Notes under the pieces: model-generated | Told to the model about the DNA's origin: nothing | Databases searched by the model: none | The model's input: the letters and a program-made list of their open reading frames with translations, nothing else | Made by a program: the position numbers and the translations under genes | Assembly (NCBI GenBank): GCA_951406725.2 | Contig: OX597839.1 | Coordinates: 11,408,001-11,472,000 of the forward strand | Length of the DNA: 64,000 bases | Reading direction: 5' to 3' | Source of the DNA: Octopus vulgaris | Lineage: Eukaryota | In this document: piece after piece, positions 63,677 through 64,000 of the stretch | Position numbering within the stretch: position 1 is the first letter of the stretch | How the letters are laid out: every line of letters starts with the position of its first letter

Positions 63677-64000
63677 CATTTTTTTTCTGATCGATCAATC
63701 ATGTGTGTACTTTACATAAGTGAATCGCTGTGAGTACCAATGAAATGAATCAGCCAAGTTACTCCATAAAAATAAATTCCACACCATGTATTGAGTGCAC
63801 CTCCCTTTTGTTTGTACATGTTAACAAGTGTGCACATAATACATATACACACACTCACATAAATGTATGTATGTGCATACGTACTTGTATGCATGTATAA
63901 TGAATCAAAGTTAAAAAGCCTTGTGTGTGTGTATGTGTGTGTATTGTGCTGTCTTAATCTATTACTCACAAAGACCTCTCCCTCCCTCTCTCTCTACTAC

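Overview
This is AT-rich, microsatellite-saturated eukaryotic non-coding DNA. The SINE repertoire and (TA)n/(CA)n load look like an octopod (Octopus-type) genome; this is inferred from memory of those repeats, not from a search. No host protein-coding exon can be identified with confidence, and nearly all ORFs in the track are translations of microsatellites or SINEs. The window is most likely part of a very long intron or an intergenic region. It contains several tRNA-headed SINE families in many copies and 3' remnants of RTE and CR1-type LINEs. It also has non-autonomous DNA transposons (TTAA/piggyBac-like, hAT-like, mariner-like, and two GG-terminated families with 8-9 bp TSDs), one Helitron-like and one Helentron-like element. 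The most interesting signal is a set of five type I hammerhead-ribozyme motifs in at least three families, in short non-coding elements next to (TA)n tracts. Copies show compensatory base changes in stems I and II, and two loci have the inverted arrangement typical of Penelope-like pseudo-LTRs. Other leads are a candidate recursive (AG|GTAAGT) splice site, a CpG-retaining domain at about 22.8-28.5 kb, a SINE flanked by a 96-bp duplication, and several fold-back inversions. Repeat boundaries were read by eye and are approximate unless a TSD or TIR is quoted. Family letters are my own labels.
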